Positions 24,657-36,869 of a stretch of 64,000 bases of DNA are shown piece by piece. The DNA comes from Octopus bimaculoides (Eukaryota), in contig NC_068995.1 of assembly GCF_001194135.2 (NCBI RefSeq), forward strand, positions 13,443,118-13,507,117. Reading direction: 5' to 3'. Below the pieces are notes generated by a model. It was not told the origin of the DNA. It saw nothing but the letters and a program-made list of their open reading frames with translations, and did no database searches. A program made the translations under genes and the position numbers. The first letter of the stretch is position 1; each line of letters begins with the position of its first letter.

Positions 24657-24750
24657 TTTTCCATAAAGTATTTCATGGTGACGAACTTAGAATTGCTTTC
24701 CTGAAATTAGAAGAAAATAAAAACAAAACCCATCAGTTTTTTTAATATTT
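24657..24750 (+). pseudogene. Inverted ~95-bp copy of part of KPTN exon 1 inside RPL12 intron 1
   Basis: About 90 percent identical by eye to the reverse complement of about 21679-21776, with a 7-nt deletion. Confidence 0.85.
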
Positions 24751-25979
24751 GAGGGAAAATAATGGGATATTAAGCAGAATTAAGAGGGCACTTTTAAAAA
24801 TGCACTGTCGAAGGGCCGTAACTCTGAAAGTAGGCGAATACATATCTATAAACTTGGATTAATTGATCGATAGTCATAAACGTCCGTGTATATTCTAAGT
24901 TGGAAAGAGTGGTGTCTAATTCAAGACATAGAATTGTAGATATTTTAAAGTTATCTGTTTCAAGGTAATCTATTTTTTAGATTGTTAATTAGTTCTAGGG
25001 CAGCTCTTATCTAAAAGACCTATGACCGAAAGTGTTCCAACATTCAACATTCTTTATATACCTAGGACTACAAGTTTCCGCGGCTAATGTAGTTTCGCAC
25101 CTCTCCTTGAAAAATGCATTTTTTTTAATATATTTTTTTTCGGATTCCTACGTTTTAGAAGTCTGAGATTACGAAAATGCAAAAAAAATGGTTAATATTT
25201 CCCCCAGCCCCGTTTAAATTTTTGATTTTGTTTGCTTTAAAGAGATCGTGGCGAATTGACGAACATATGCAAACCGAAATTAAATACAGACAAAAACATT
25301 AAAGTGAAAAGAATTAGCGTTTTGCTTGTTTGCCTTAAATAAGCGTAAATAATAATTTGATGTAAATTAAATATACACCTACAAAATTAGAAATATTGCT
25401 TTTATAAGTCTCCCAGAGAGGCTTATACAGTAGCAGCACGATAAAGCAAGTATCTTTTACTCTGGTCCTAGCTCAACCAAACCCTTGAGTGGATTTCATA
25501 GACAGGAACTGAAAGAAGCTCATTGTAAATATAAATATGTATATATGTGCTGGTGTCTCCTTGTCTTGGCAGTCATACTAAAAGGTGTCATTTCTAAACA
25601 TTTAAATGTTTTCCATGTTGGGATGGGTTGGAAGGTTTTACAGGACGTTAGTCAGTCAGAGCTGCCCAGCACGGTCTCTACGGTTGGGTGCCCTTGTTTG
25701 GAAAAGGGTGAGGAAGAACATTCGACCATAGAAAGTCTACCTCAAACACTAAATTACCCATGCTGACATGGAAAAGTGGATGTTACAACAATGATGGCCT
25801 TGAATTTGCTCTGAAAGAAAAGTATTTAAATAGAATTTAAATATTCTATTATCACCTAATATAATATACAAGCATAGTGTGCATGCTTTACTGAGAATCG
25901 TGAGGCTTTTATTCAGACATATCCTGAAAATATAGCTGCATTATGATTATTTTTAACTTTTGTTTTTTTATATTGTCAG

Positions 25980-26053
25980 TTTACATCAGAGCTGTTGGTG
26001 GTGAGGTGCCTGGTACCTCTTCGCTGGCTCCCAAAATAGGTCCTTTGGGTTTG
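25980..26053 (+). CDS. RPL12: RPL12 exon 2 (VYIRAVGGEVPGTSSLAPKIGPLGL)
   Basis: ttgtcag acceptor, TTG|gtaagt donor, 74 nt. LAPKIGPLGL signature. Confidence 0.96.
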
Positions 26054-27360
26054 GTAAGTTAATATTTCATGTTTTATTTTGGTGTGGGGTGGGTTTGTGA
26101 AAACTTTCATTTGTTTCAGTTATTGGCTATGCTGGGGGCTCCACTTTGAAGGGGGTTTTAGTTTTAAGTCTGGTACTCATTTTATCAGTATCTTTTGCCA
26201 AATTACTAAGTTGCATTCTGGTTGTTAAACAGGGGCAAAAGCAGACGACGGGCTTCCACGCAGTTTCTGTTCACCAAATTCACTCGTAAGGTGTTGAATG
26301 GTCTGAAGCATTTTCAAAAGAGTTATGAGGAAACAAATTCGATAGGACAGAATTTTTCTAATTCTATCATCATATGCACAGGTGTAGCTGTGTGATAAGA
26401 AGTTTGTTTCCCAACCACATTGTGGGTTCAGTCCCACTGCATTGCACCTTCAACAAGTGTCTTGGCTTTGGACTGGCCAAAGCCTTCTGAGTGGTTTTGG
26501 TAGATGGAAACTGAAAGAAGCTCGTCGTGCATTATGTGCGTCTGTTTGTCCTCTACTACAGCTGGACAACCATTGATGGTATGTTTATGCTCCCCATAAC
26601 ATAGAAGATACTTGCCCAAGGTGCTACACAGTGGGACCGGATCTAAACCATGTGATTGCACAGTGAGCCTCTTAACCCCAGTCATGCTATTAATTGTTTG
26701 GTTGAGCAAACTTGAAATTGGACTCTCTTGATATGATTTCAGTATTTGGGTGGAGTGTTACAGTATTTAGTGGTTATAAAACAATCTAAATGTTTTAATA
26801 CCTCTTTCAGTTATAAACTGGGGCACTGCCTTGAAGAATTTTTTGCCAAATGAATCAACCCCACTTATTCTGTAAGTCTTTTCTGCTGGACTACTAAGTT
26901 ACAGAGGGCAAGCACAGACACAAAGACACACACCTATAGATATAAAACTGGTTTCAGTCTACCAATTCCAGTCAGGGTTTTGGTTGACTCAAGGCTATAA
27001 TAAGAGACACTTGCCCAAGGTGCCACATAGTGGGACCGAACCTGGAATAGTATGATTGGGAAGCAAGCTTTTTACTTCACAGTCACGCATGTGCCTATAC
27101 ATATTTCAAACACAAGAGAAAGAGTGTGTATTTTTTAACATTAAATTGCCTTTTCCTGACGAGATTTTATTACAAGTGAAGTATCTATATAAAGTGCAAT
27201 ATTTTTCAATCATTTTGCAACAAGTATTTTATACCCTGGTTAGTCATTTAGTGTTGTAATGGTTGAGAAAAGTCCGATAGATTTTGCAATTCAACACAAA
27301 TTTGTTGTGGTTCATTTATTGGGTTAGTGTTTATATAATTTTGTTCTCTCTCTATTTCAG

Positions 27361-27541
27361 TCTCCCAAGAAAGTTGGTGATGATATTGCCAAAGGTACAG
27401 CAGACTGTAAAGGACTGAAAATCACTGTAAAATTAACAATCCAGAATCGTCAAGCTGCAGTATCTATTGTACCTAGTGCTGCATCACTTATAATCAAAGC
27501 TCTCAAAGAGCCACCTAGGGACCGTAAGAAAGTAAAACATG
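27361..27541 (+). CDS. RPL12: RPL12 exon 3 ([11 protein letters not shown]...[10 protein letters not shown])
   Basis: tatttcag acceptor, G|gtgagt donor, 181 nt. [16 protein letters not shown] and [21 protein letters not shown] signatures. Confidence 0.97.
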
Positions 27542-28327
27542 GTGAGTAGTCCTTTATATTTTTTTTTTCTTCCTCTTTGTGCATATCTTTTGAAATTTGA
27601 ATCATTCTTCATTATCAAAGTGCTCGACTGACTAGATCATAAGTGTGTTGGGAAAAATTCCTTGCACTACTTAGTTATGGTCTCTTATATTCTTAGTTCA
27701 AATCCAACCAAATTCATCTTTCATTCTTCCTAGATCAGTGTTATCAACTGCATGTGTTGAGCTGACCGGTTGTTTTGTAATGTGCAATTAGCAAACAATG
27801 TACATGTTTGGAGGCCTATGATCACTGCATCTTTCTGTGTGCAGAACAAGTGCTCTTTGGCATCATGGCTACCAGGAGAAAGAAAAGATTGTTGATTTTA
27901 TTGTCATTGTTTTAATGCCCACTTTTCCATGCTTGTATGGTTTAGTTAGACATAGTCTTAAAGCAGGTTTTCTGTGGTCAAATGCCTTAACAAGCTAATG
28001 TTTCCCCATGACCAGATATGTTTCGGAGAGTATTGGAAATGAATGATATCTATTTACAAGTCATGAGATATTGAAGCTAGGAGACATACACACACAGGCA
28101 TGCATGGTGGACTACATTTAATTTCCCTCTACCAAATCCACTCAAGGCTTTAGTCAGCTATGTCATAGTAAATACTGGCCACTGTCACAGTTGGTAAAGA
28201 TAGATTCGGCTGCTACATCTAATAGTTTGAGATGTTGGAGTGTGTATGTGTGTGCTGCCTCATTATTATATATCTTGTATTCTTCTATATAAATGATTCT
28301 GAATGTATTTCTCCACTTTTCTTTCAG

Positions 28328-28435
28328 TTAAACACAATGGAAACCTGTCATTTGATGATATTTTGGGCGTTGCTAGAGTAATGAGAGAGCGAAGCATGTC
28401 TAAAACTCTTGCTGGGACATGTAAAGAGATTTTGG
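28328..28435 (+). CDS. RPL12: RPL12 exon 4 ([36 protein letters not shown])
   Basis: ctttcag acceptor, G|gtttgt donor, 108 nt phase 1-1. Confidence 0.95.
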
Positions 28436-29713
28436 GTTTGTTGAAGATTTCTTAATTTGTATTTTGGTGAATTACTTCTAAAAAAAAGTGGGGAGTGAGA
28501 TTGTTAACTACGTTCCATTATTCCTTTATTACACAAAGGGTGGGGATTTTGTGTTTTGGTTATGTCTGCATTCTAAGGTAATGCTTGTGGTGTTTTAGTA
28601 GAACACTTTGATCTATTTGCTTAGTTTCATCTGATAAATAGATGTTAATCCTGGAACTTGTGACCTATTTTAAATAGAATTCACTTCTGTCTGTTGGCTA
28701 CCAGAGAATCTAGCTTTAGTGGCAGTAATTCTGAACATACGATACATTTATCAAGTGTTACATGATATACATAGACAGATTACCCTGTAAAAATCATGAA
28801 TGTGAACTTTTTTAAAAGTTTAATGTATTAGTATACTGCAGTACTTTTATAATTACAACCCAACAGTTAAATTGCTAACAAAATAACAAATCAGCAACAA
28901 AGTTATTCATGGAGGTTAACAATATGGTATGACAAGGTTTTTTTGTTATAATAAGGATACTATAATAAAATTTCTAGTTATGCACAGACTGGCCACATAT
29001 GACCCAAGCATTCTACCTGATTTATGTTCAAACTGATCACAGTCTCTTACACCTATCCTACAATGTCATTCTAAGAATTAACAAGCATGGCTTTGTGGTA
29101 GGTAGTTTGCTTCCCAAACACATGGTTCTGGATTCTGTCCCACTGCATGGCATCTTGGACAAGTGTCTTCTAAGTGGATTTGGTAGATGGAGACTGAAAG
29201 AAGTTTGCCATATATAGATGTATGTATATATATGTGTGTGTCTTCTGTGTTGTAAGTAGCTTGCTGACCAAAAGCTTGTGGGTGGATTTGGTAGAAGGAA
29301 ACTGAAAGAAGCCCGTCATATATACTTTGTGTTCATGCTTTCCCCCATAACTTAGCAGTTTGGCAAAAAAGACTGATAGAATAAGTACTGAGCTTTAAAA
29401 AAATAAGTCTGAGTTGCTTTGTTTGACTAAGACCATTCATAGTGGTATCCCAGTATGGCCACAGTCGAATGACAAACGAAAGATAAATAAGCGTTATATT
29501 TGACAGCATAATCTGCTGGAGGGTTGAGACTATAAGCACCCCTAAGTCTTACCTGCCTCCTGGGGACTGAACCCTTGCAGGTTGTATATTCCTTCCCCTT
29601 TGGTTATAACAAAATATCACATTGTTTACATCTGTAAAATGTTATTTGCTGATGCTACATATTTTGTAAGATACCTTAATAAAATGTTGCAAAAAAATTT
29701 TGTTTCTTTATAG

Positions 29714-29805
29714 GAACTGCTCAATCAGTTGGTTGTACAGTTGACGGCAACCATCCACATGACGTCATTGAAATGGTAAACAATGGAGAATATGAAGTGC
29801 CAGCT
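29714..29805 (+). CDS. RPL12: RPL12 exon 5 ([31 protein letters not shown])
   Basis: tttatag acceptor, GCT|gtaggt donor, 92 nt. GTAQSVGC signature. Confidence 0.95.
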
Positions 29806-30829
29806 GTAGGTTTTAAATTACCAAATTTGTTTCTAGAGTTAAAGAGCCGTGGAATTAGGTTCCTTTGAGAATTCTAGTTGGAATGTTTCCATGACAAAAT
29901 GGCTCCAGGCTGAGTTTGGCAATATAATGGAACCCTGTCAATAAATTACCACACAGTTGCTATTAAAGAATAAAAAGATTAGAATGGTACAACAATGCAC
30001 TATAGAACAAAAAATGGACTATATGCCTGTTGTAATTTGGTTATCTATAGTCAGATGATATTTCGGAATTACAATTCCTTCTTCAGATCTTCTTAGCTGG
30101 AGTCTCTGCTATAAACTGTTTTCCAACGGTTTTCTTTTTTTCGGAAAGTTGCTATTATATTAGTAAATGCACATGGCCTCGCGGTAATGGTGTTTCACTT
30201 GAGAGCATAAAATTGTGATTTCTATTCCCAAACTAGGTGGTGCATTGTGCTCTTGAGCAAACCACTACATTTCATCTTGCTCTAGTCCTCTCAGCTTTAG
30301 TAATAACTGAAAAATAACTCCTCTCAGTTTCAGTAATAATTGGGAAGTTAATTGGCAATGAACCAGCATTCATTCAGGGTAGCAGGGAGTGTTGTACTGT
30401 CAATAATATGCCATGGTAACTGAGTTATGCTCTGGCCTTATGAATCTCAGGGTTTGTTCCTAATCTAATAACTTTGGTGGATGGTCAAGTATTTTGGCTT
30501 AGCAGTCCCTGAATCTATGGACAGTGTGCTATATTAGCTAATGAGCCAGAATTCTATAATGAACATTTAGTGTTTGAAGAGAATACAAAAAGAAGAAAAA
30601 ACGTTTTCAAGCTTATGTTGATTTTGTGACTATATTTCTGATGTGATATCATGCATGTATATTTAAAATAAGTTCAAAACAAATGGCAACTTTGCAAATT
30701 CTGTTCTTAAAGTACATACGGAAAGATTTAATTTTTTTCTTTATATTGAAATGTCTTGATTTAATATGATTTTGTATATCATTTCCTAAAATGATACTGA
30801 TTCAATTTTCTCTCTTTTTTTTATTGCAG

Positions 30830-30835
30830 GAATAA
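30830..30835 (+). CDS. RPL12: RPL12 terminal exon coding part (E-stop)
   Basis: Strong polypyrimidine tract plus ttgcag|GAA TAA. Completes a 498-nt CDS (165 aa). Confidence 0.85.
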   Translation, partial: E

Positions 30836-30839
30836 ACAA

Positions 30840-30845
30840 AATAAA
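30840..30845 (+). terminator. RPL12 polyadenylation signal AATAAA
   Basis: AATAAA 4 nt after the stop, followed by a U/GU-rich tract at about 30860-30885. A second AATAAA overlaps the stop (30831-30836). Confidence 0.65.
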
Positions 30846-33800
30846 TATTCTCAAACATATTTCTATTTGTCTTGTTTTGATTTTCAAGAAATTACATACA
30901 AATAAATATTCTAGTTTTTTATGAACACAAAACAAGTTTGCAAAGTGGAATAAACTATTTCGCAGTGAGGAAGAGAAGTCTAACATCTTGAGCAAGCTTT
31001 TATTTCTCTCTTTACAAAAGACCATATCCAAAACTTATCTTCCTGGATACAAAATAAGTTATTCCAATGCAAGCATTTTATATTTAGATATTTGTTGATG
31101 CAAGTCAGTTCTGCTCTTTGACGAATGAAACTTTGTTCCTTTTGACACTTGGCGATATTCTTTGTTACTTGTTTCAGTCATTGGACCATGACCATGATGG
31201 GGCACCACCTTGAACTGTTTGGTCAAAGATAGCCTCTGCTTTTTTTTTCCCCTTTCCCCCCACCATGTAAGGATGAAAATGTGGATTCTAGTGCTGTGTT
31301 TCTAAGGCTTTATTTCCAGCGTACCATTTGAATATCTCTTAACTAAGAGCAGATTTGCAGTGGTTGTGTCTGATATCTTTGAACACCAAGCAGCTAGCTT
31401 CTCGATCATTTCATATGATAAAAATTATATCTAGTTTTCACCTCACTGTTCATATTGATGGTGTCCTTGGCTTGCAGTCCACTGCAAAGGCATCTCCAGG
31501 CTTGGTGTGTGAAACCTGTGTGAACAGAAGGCTCATTCAAATAATGTTGTTTCCAGTTCTCCACATAACTTGGTTGTCAGATTGAAAGATAATTGACTTG
31601 ATTGGAAACAAGTCTGGGTTGGTGTCAAAGCATTCAGCCATAAAAACTCTACTTCAACAGGAAGTGGATGTTGAAGTGATGGTATGTGTGGGTAGTAACT
31701 GGATGTAGATCAGAGTAATGTCTTGGTTAAAATTTACATTAAACCTCGGTTTGCAAATTTGCGTTATACAGTTGGAAACTATTAGGAATCTAGCTCAATT
31801 GTCATACTGGTAGGTCATGTGGGGGCATACACCATTGCAGTGTGTTACTGCACTAACCATTTGTCAGTATATTCTTGGCAGAGTTCTAGTCAGTCCCCAT
31901 TTCCAGGAGATACCTCTTCATAATCTATACTATAAAAGGCATGCTGTGATAAAATTGAATATTTGATCTCAACATCAGGGAGGTTACAAAAATTAATTTT
32001 GGAAAACAAGGAAAAACTGTCTTGAGTAATATATCTTTTTCGTTTATGCTGGTGTTTGGTATATAAAATAACTTAATGGAAGGTTTTAATTTAAACTGCT
32101 TTAAAACAGAAATGTAGGTTGTGTCACAGAATAAGCAACAATCCCAAACTGAGTTGGGACGTGATTTAAAGAATCGGAGTGACTAGAAATTTATCAAAAC
32201 TAAATAGAATTTACTGAAATATTTTTCGTGGCAAGTCACTTTAAGCTAGTATGCTAATCTTTTTGTTGCCAACCCAACTGCCTTGCTTAGAGTTTACTAT
32301 TTCAACATGATCCAAGTTAAAGCTAACAACAAATTTTAGTAACTTTTTGCATTATTTTTAAAACTAATTGAAGCGATGAATTTCAACAAATACAAAGAGA
32401 TATATTTTGAAATACAAGTAAGGGTTGATGGGAAAGACATCGGTTGTAAAATATTACCTCAATAACTCATGTAAAATCCATGATCATCTTCAAAGTAGCA
32501 AGTACAAAGCTAATGATGGTTGCACAATGCACCCTAGAATATGAATAGAATCCCACATAGGACGATTGTAAACTGTCTATGAAAACATGTCTGGTCAGGT
32601 GAAAGATTTACCTTGCTGAGGAATGGTGGAGGTTTGGTAACAGGAAGGGAAGCTGACCATAGAAAATCTGCCTTGACAAATTCCATCCAACTCCTGCAAG
32701 CATGGAAAAGTGGCCGTTAAAACAATAAGGATGAAGGTGTGTGTAATATTAGTTTCAAGTTTTGGTACAAGGCCAGCAATTATGGGGAGGGGTAAGTTGA
32801 TGATATTGATCCCAGTGCTTGGCTGGTACTTATTTTATTGACCCTGAAAGGGTGAAAGACAAAGTTGGCCTCAGCAGAATTTGAACTCAGAACATAGAGG
32901 TAGACGAAATGATGCGAGTGGTTGAGCCAGCTCACTGCTTTACGGTACATGTAATATTAACAGTCAGGTGTGGCACATTGAGCAAGTGGATTTCGTAGAC
33001 AGAAACTGGAAGAAGTCTGTCGTATTTATGTCTGTGTTTGTCCTACCATTGCTTGACAACCAATGTTGGTGTGTTTATATCTTCGAAACCTAGCGGTTCG
33101 ACAAGAGAAAATAAGTCCTGGGGTCGATTTGTTCGACTAAAGACAGTGCTCCAGCATGTCCGCTGTCAAATGACTGAAGCGTGTAAAAGAGAATGTGAAA
33201 TGATTTAATTCATTATAGTGATTTGAACCGTGTAACCAGTTTATGAAGAAATTTTTCTTCAAAGTGTGTCTTTATACTTGACACACTCAGAAAAATATCT
33301 GATGCTTTACTTAAAAAATAATTTTTAAATTATGAGTTTGTGGCTACAGAAGACACTTGGCCAAGGTACCATACAGTGGGACTGAACCTGAAACCATGTG
33401 CTTTAAGGAGCACGTTCCGTGAATCAGATGGGCTGAAATCCTCGAGAGTGCCAATTTTAAAATATTTATACATATATATATGTCTTGGTTTGTTTACCTC
33501 AAAATAAACCAGTGGTTCAGCAAGAAAGACCGATAGAATAAGTACTGCGGTTTAATGAGTGATACAAGTGAAAAATATTGGTGTATAGGCTATTAAATGT
33601 GTCCTGCATTATCTAAGACAATCGTGTATAGATTGAAGGAAATTTGGCTGTTATTTCTAGCAATCCAATTACTTATATAGAGCACTCCCCAGCCAGTGAA
33701 ACGTAGAACTCTGGGGCTGCTGACAGTTTTGATATATTCTGTAGAGCTTAATGAGCAGTAACAGGATTATATCCAGTTGTCTCCCTTACAATTTGAGTTG

Positions 33801-34499
33801 CTCCTAAGTTTCGAGTTATCTCCCGACATTCCTACTCGTATGAGATCACTTTTGGCACGGCATCAACATATGTTGGTTGATAACTGAAATACAAGCACTG
33901 CGGGCTATCTGGCTGCAGAAGCTGTAAACACATATAAAAATAATGTTTTACGAGTTACTCTTAACGTTCATCATTTTCTAGATTCTCTATTTACTCACCG
34001 TGGTGCGTTAAACAGTACAAGTGCTATATCGTTTTCTGGGACACTTCTATCACGGCGCATTCCTGGTTCTGTTTTGTTATCCCTGTTATAAAGGATATTC
34101 GAATGAATTATCAGCGATATGATGCTTAAAAGATTAGACAATACTGACATTAAGGGAAAAGGGAATGAGAGTTGTATTTACATCTAAATTATCAAGCGAA
34201 GTATTTAATGATTCCAGACTCATTCTGCCTTGTCCTTACATTATAGAATTTATTACTTTTGTTAAAATAACAAATGCTCTTTCTTTAATTACTCACTCCA
34301 TTATATGTATGTGTGCGTGCGTGTGTATATATATATATATATATAATATACGCACACATACTTTTAACGGAGTTGGTACGGTGAAGGATAAAGCTGTTTG
34401 AGCTCCAATATACGAGTGCATGTAGATGAAAGAATAGAAAACCAATAGAATTAAATGCGACGAACACAGCAAAGCTGTTGAGTTATATCTTGAAATACA

Positions 34500-34804
34500 C
34501 TCTTTTCTACTCTAGGCACAAGGCCCGAAATTTTGGGGGAGGGGGCCAGTCGATTAGATCGACTCAGTATGCAACTGGTACTTAATTTATCAACCCCGAA
34601 AGGATGAAAGGCAAAGTCGACCTCGGCGGAATTTGAACTCAGAACGTAGCGGCAGACGAAATACCGTTAAGCATTACGCTCGGCGTGCTAACGTTTCTTA
34701 TTTCTTTGCTGCCCACAAGGGGCTACACACAGAGGGGACAGGCGGATTAAGTCGATTATATCGACCCCAGTGCGTAACTGGTACTTATTTAATCGACCCC
34801 GAAT
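34500..34804 (-). mobile_element. SINE family B dimer (truncated by gap)
   Basis: Reverse complement of the arrangement at 51703-52125, same internal junction. Confidence 0.8.
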
Positions 34805-35697
34805 NNNNNNNNNNNNNNNNNNNNNNNNNNNNNNNNNNNNNNNNNNNNNNNNNNNNNNNNNNNNNNNNNNNNNNNNNNNNNNNNNNNNNNNNNNNNNNNN
34901 NNNNNNNNNNNNNNNNNNNNNNNNNNNNNNNNNNNNNNNNNNNNNNNNNNNNNNNNNNNNNNNNNNNNNNNNNNNNNNNNNNNNNNNNNNNNNNNNNNNN
35001 NNNNNNNNNNNNNNNNNNNNNNNNNNNNNNNNNNNNNNNNNNNNNNNNNNNNNNNNNNNNNNNNNNNNNNNNNNNNNNNNNNNNNNNNNNNNNNNNNNNN
35101 NNNNNNNNNNNNNNNNNNNNNNNNNNNNNNNNNNNNNNNNNNNNNNNNNNNNNNNNNNNNNNNNNNNNNNNNNNNNNNNNNNNNNNNNNNNNNNNNNNNN
35201 NNNNNNNNNNNNNNNNNNNNNNNNNNNNNNNNNNNNNNNNNNNNNNNNNNNNNNNNNNNNNNNNNNNNNNNNNNNNNNNNNNNNNNNNNNNNNNNNNNNN
35301 NNNNNNNNNNNNNNNNNNNNNNNNNNNNNNNNNNNNNNNNNNNNNNNNNNNNNNNNNNNNNNNNNNNNNNNNNNNNNNNNNNNNNNNNNNNNNNNNNNNN
35401 NNNNNNNNNNNNNNNNNNNNNNNNNNNNNNNNNNNNNNNNNNNNNNNNNNNNNNNNNNNNNNNNNNNNNNNNNNNNNNNNNNNNNNNNNNNNNNNNNNNN
35501 NNNNNNNNNNNNNNNNNNNNNNNNNNNNNNNNNNNNNNNNNNNNNNNNNNNNNNNNNNNNNNNNNNNNNNNNNNNNNNNNNNNNNNNNNNNNNNNNNNNN
35601 NNNNNNNNNNNNNNNNNNNNNNNNNNNNNNNNNNNNNNNNNNNNNNNNNNNNNNNNNNNNNNNNNNNNNNNNNNNNNNNNNNNNNNNNNNNNNNNNN
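34805..35697. other. Assembly gap (others: 6185-6193, 13138-13259, 43123-43667, 45816-45825, 51190-51293, 54350-54835, 62083-63002)
   Basis: Runs of N. Confidence 1.
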
Positions 35698-36838
35698 GGA
35701 CGCATCGTTAAAACGGCTCTTCCCATGGACCGCAAATTAAATTTGTATACACAAATTGAACCTGTGCCATGGAGGAATGTAGTGGCGGACAAAAAAACAA
35801 GACAGGAAAACAAACGGAAAAGGCTATATGGCCAGACGGGAAAAATTATGTGTGTATGAACGCTATGAGGCACGAACTTGAAAGTGGGGATGAAGTAAGT
35901 TCGCGTGTTTTCTCGGCGATAGCCAAGGAAGAAAAGGATTATTGACCTGAAGCATGTGACCATGCCGGTGTAAGGGGGAGAGAGAGAGAGAGTGGTAGAG
36001 GGAGGAAGTAGAAGAATAGGTGAGCAACGAGGGGGGAGGAAAGAGATACGTAGTAGTAACAGAGGAAGAACGAGAGGGGTAAAGAGAGATACGTAGTAGT
36101 AAACAGAGGAAGATGAGGGGGAAAAAATGTGTGTAGCAAACTCTAGTGAACTTCCTCTCTCTATTATATATACATATATGCGAACGTAGCAGGTAACAGC
36201 TAACCTTTGGCACTGTTTTGGATCCCGTTATGTCTACCACTCTGATTGGTCGATATTGGTGCAAATTGTCTTTTACTCTATTGCACACTAATATGTAACC
36301 AATCCAATTGCAGCCTCCAAATAAATCACATGAGACAGTCTGTTCTAGACTACATTTGAGCCTACTGTCAGCTATAAAAACTCACCTCCTTCTAGTCTCG
36401 AGGTCTGTTGGTTCTAGACCTTCTAAGGTCTAACCACTGACTACATTACATCTTTGTATATATATATAGAGAGAGAGAGAAAGAGGTGCAATGGTCCAGT
36501 GGTTAGGGCAGCGGACTCGCGGTTTCGATTCCCAGACCAGGCGTTGTGAGTGTTTATTGAGCGAAAATACCTAAAGCTCCATGAGGCTCTGGCAGGGGAT
36601 GGTGGCGAACCCTGCTGTACTCTTTCACCACAACTTTCTCTCACTCTTCCTGTTTTTGTTGTGTCTGTAATTCAAAGGGTCAGCCTTGTCACACTGTGTC
36701 ACGCTGAATATCCCCGAGAACTACGTTAAGGGCACACGTGTCTATGGAGTGCTCAGCCACTTGCACGCTAATTTCACAAGCAGGCTGTTCCATTGATCGG
36801 ATCAACTGGAACCCTCGACATCGTAAGCGACGGAGTGC

Positions 36839-36869
<31 letters not shown>

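Noticed and set aside
28677-28810. Possible H/ACA snoRNA in RPL12 intron 4 (vertebrate RPL12 hosts SNORA65, from memory)
   Set aside because: Two hairpins and an ATACGA H-box can be drawn, but there is no ACA box (ACT instead), no SNORA65-type guides (GCCAC/CCAGU, AGGAA/GCCGA) and no rRNA target recognised. snoReport/Infernal would settle it.
30489-30560. Hairpin in RPL12 intron 5 followed by ACA
   Set aside because: The ACA is too far from the stem, and there is no H box or second hairpin.
34012-34040. Trypsin-like NDIAL motif
   Set aside because: Five-residue match only; no His or Ser catalytic exons were found nearby.
35860-35930. Hammerhead-like CTATGAG...GAAA hairpin
   Set aside because: The core lacks CUGANGA and the three-stem geometry cannot be built.
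34633-35963. Long ORFs of 200-400 aa here and at 42946-43863, 54258-54918 and 62046-63023
   Set aside because: They are open only because they run through N gaps.
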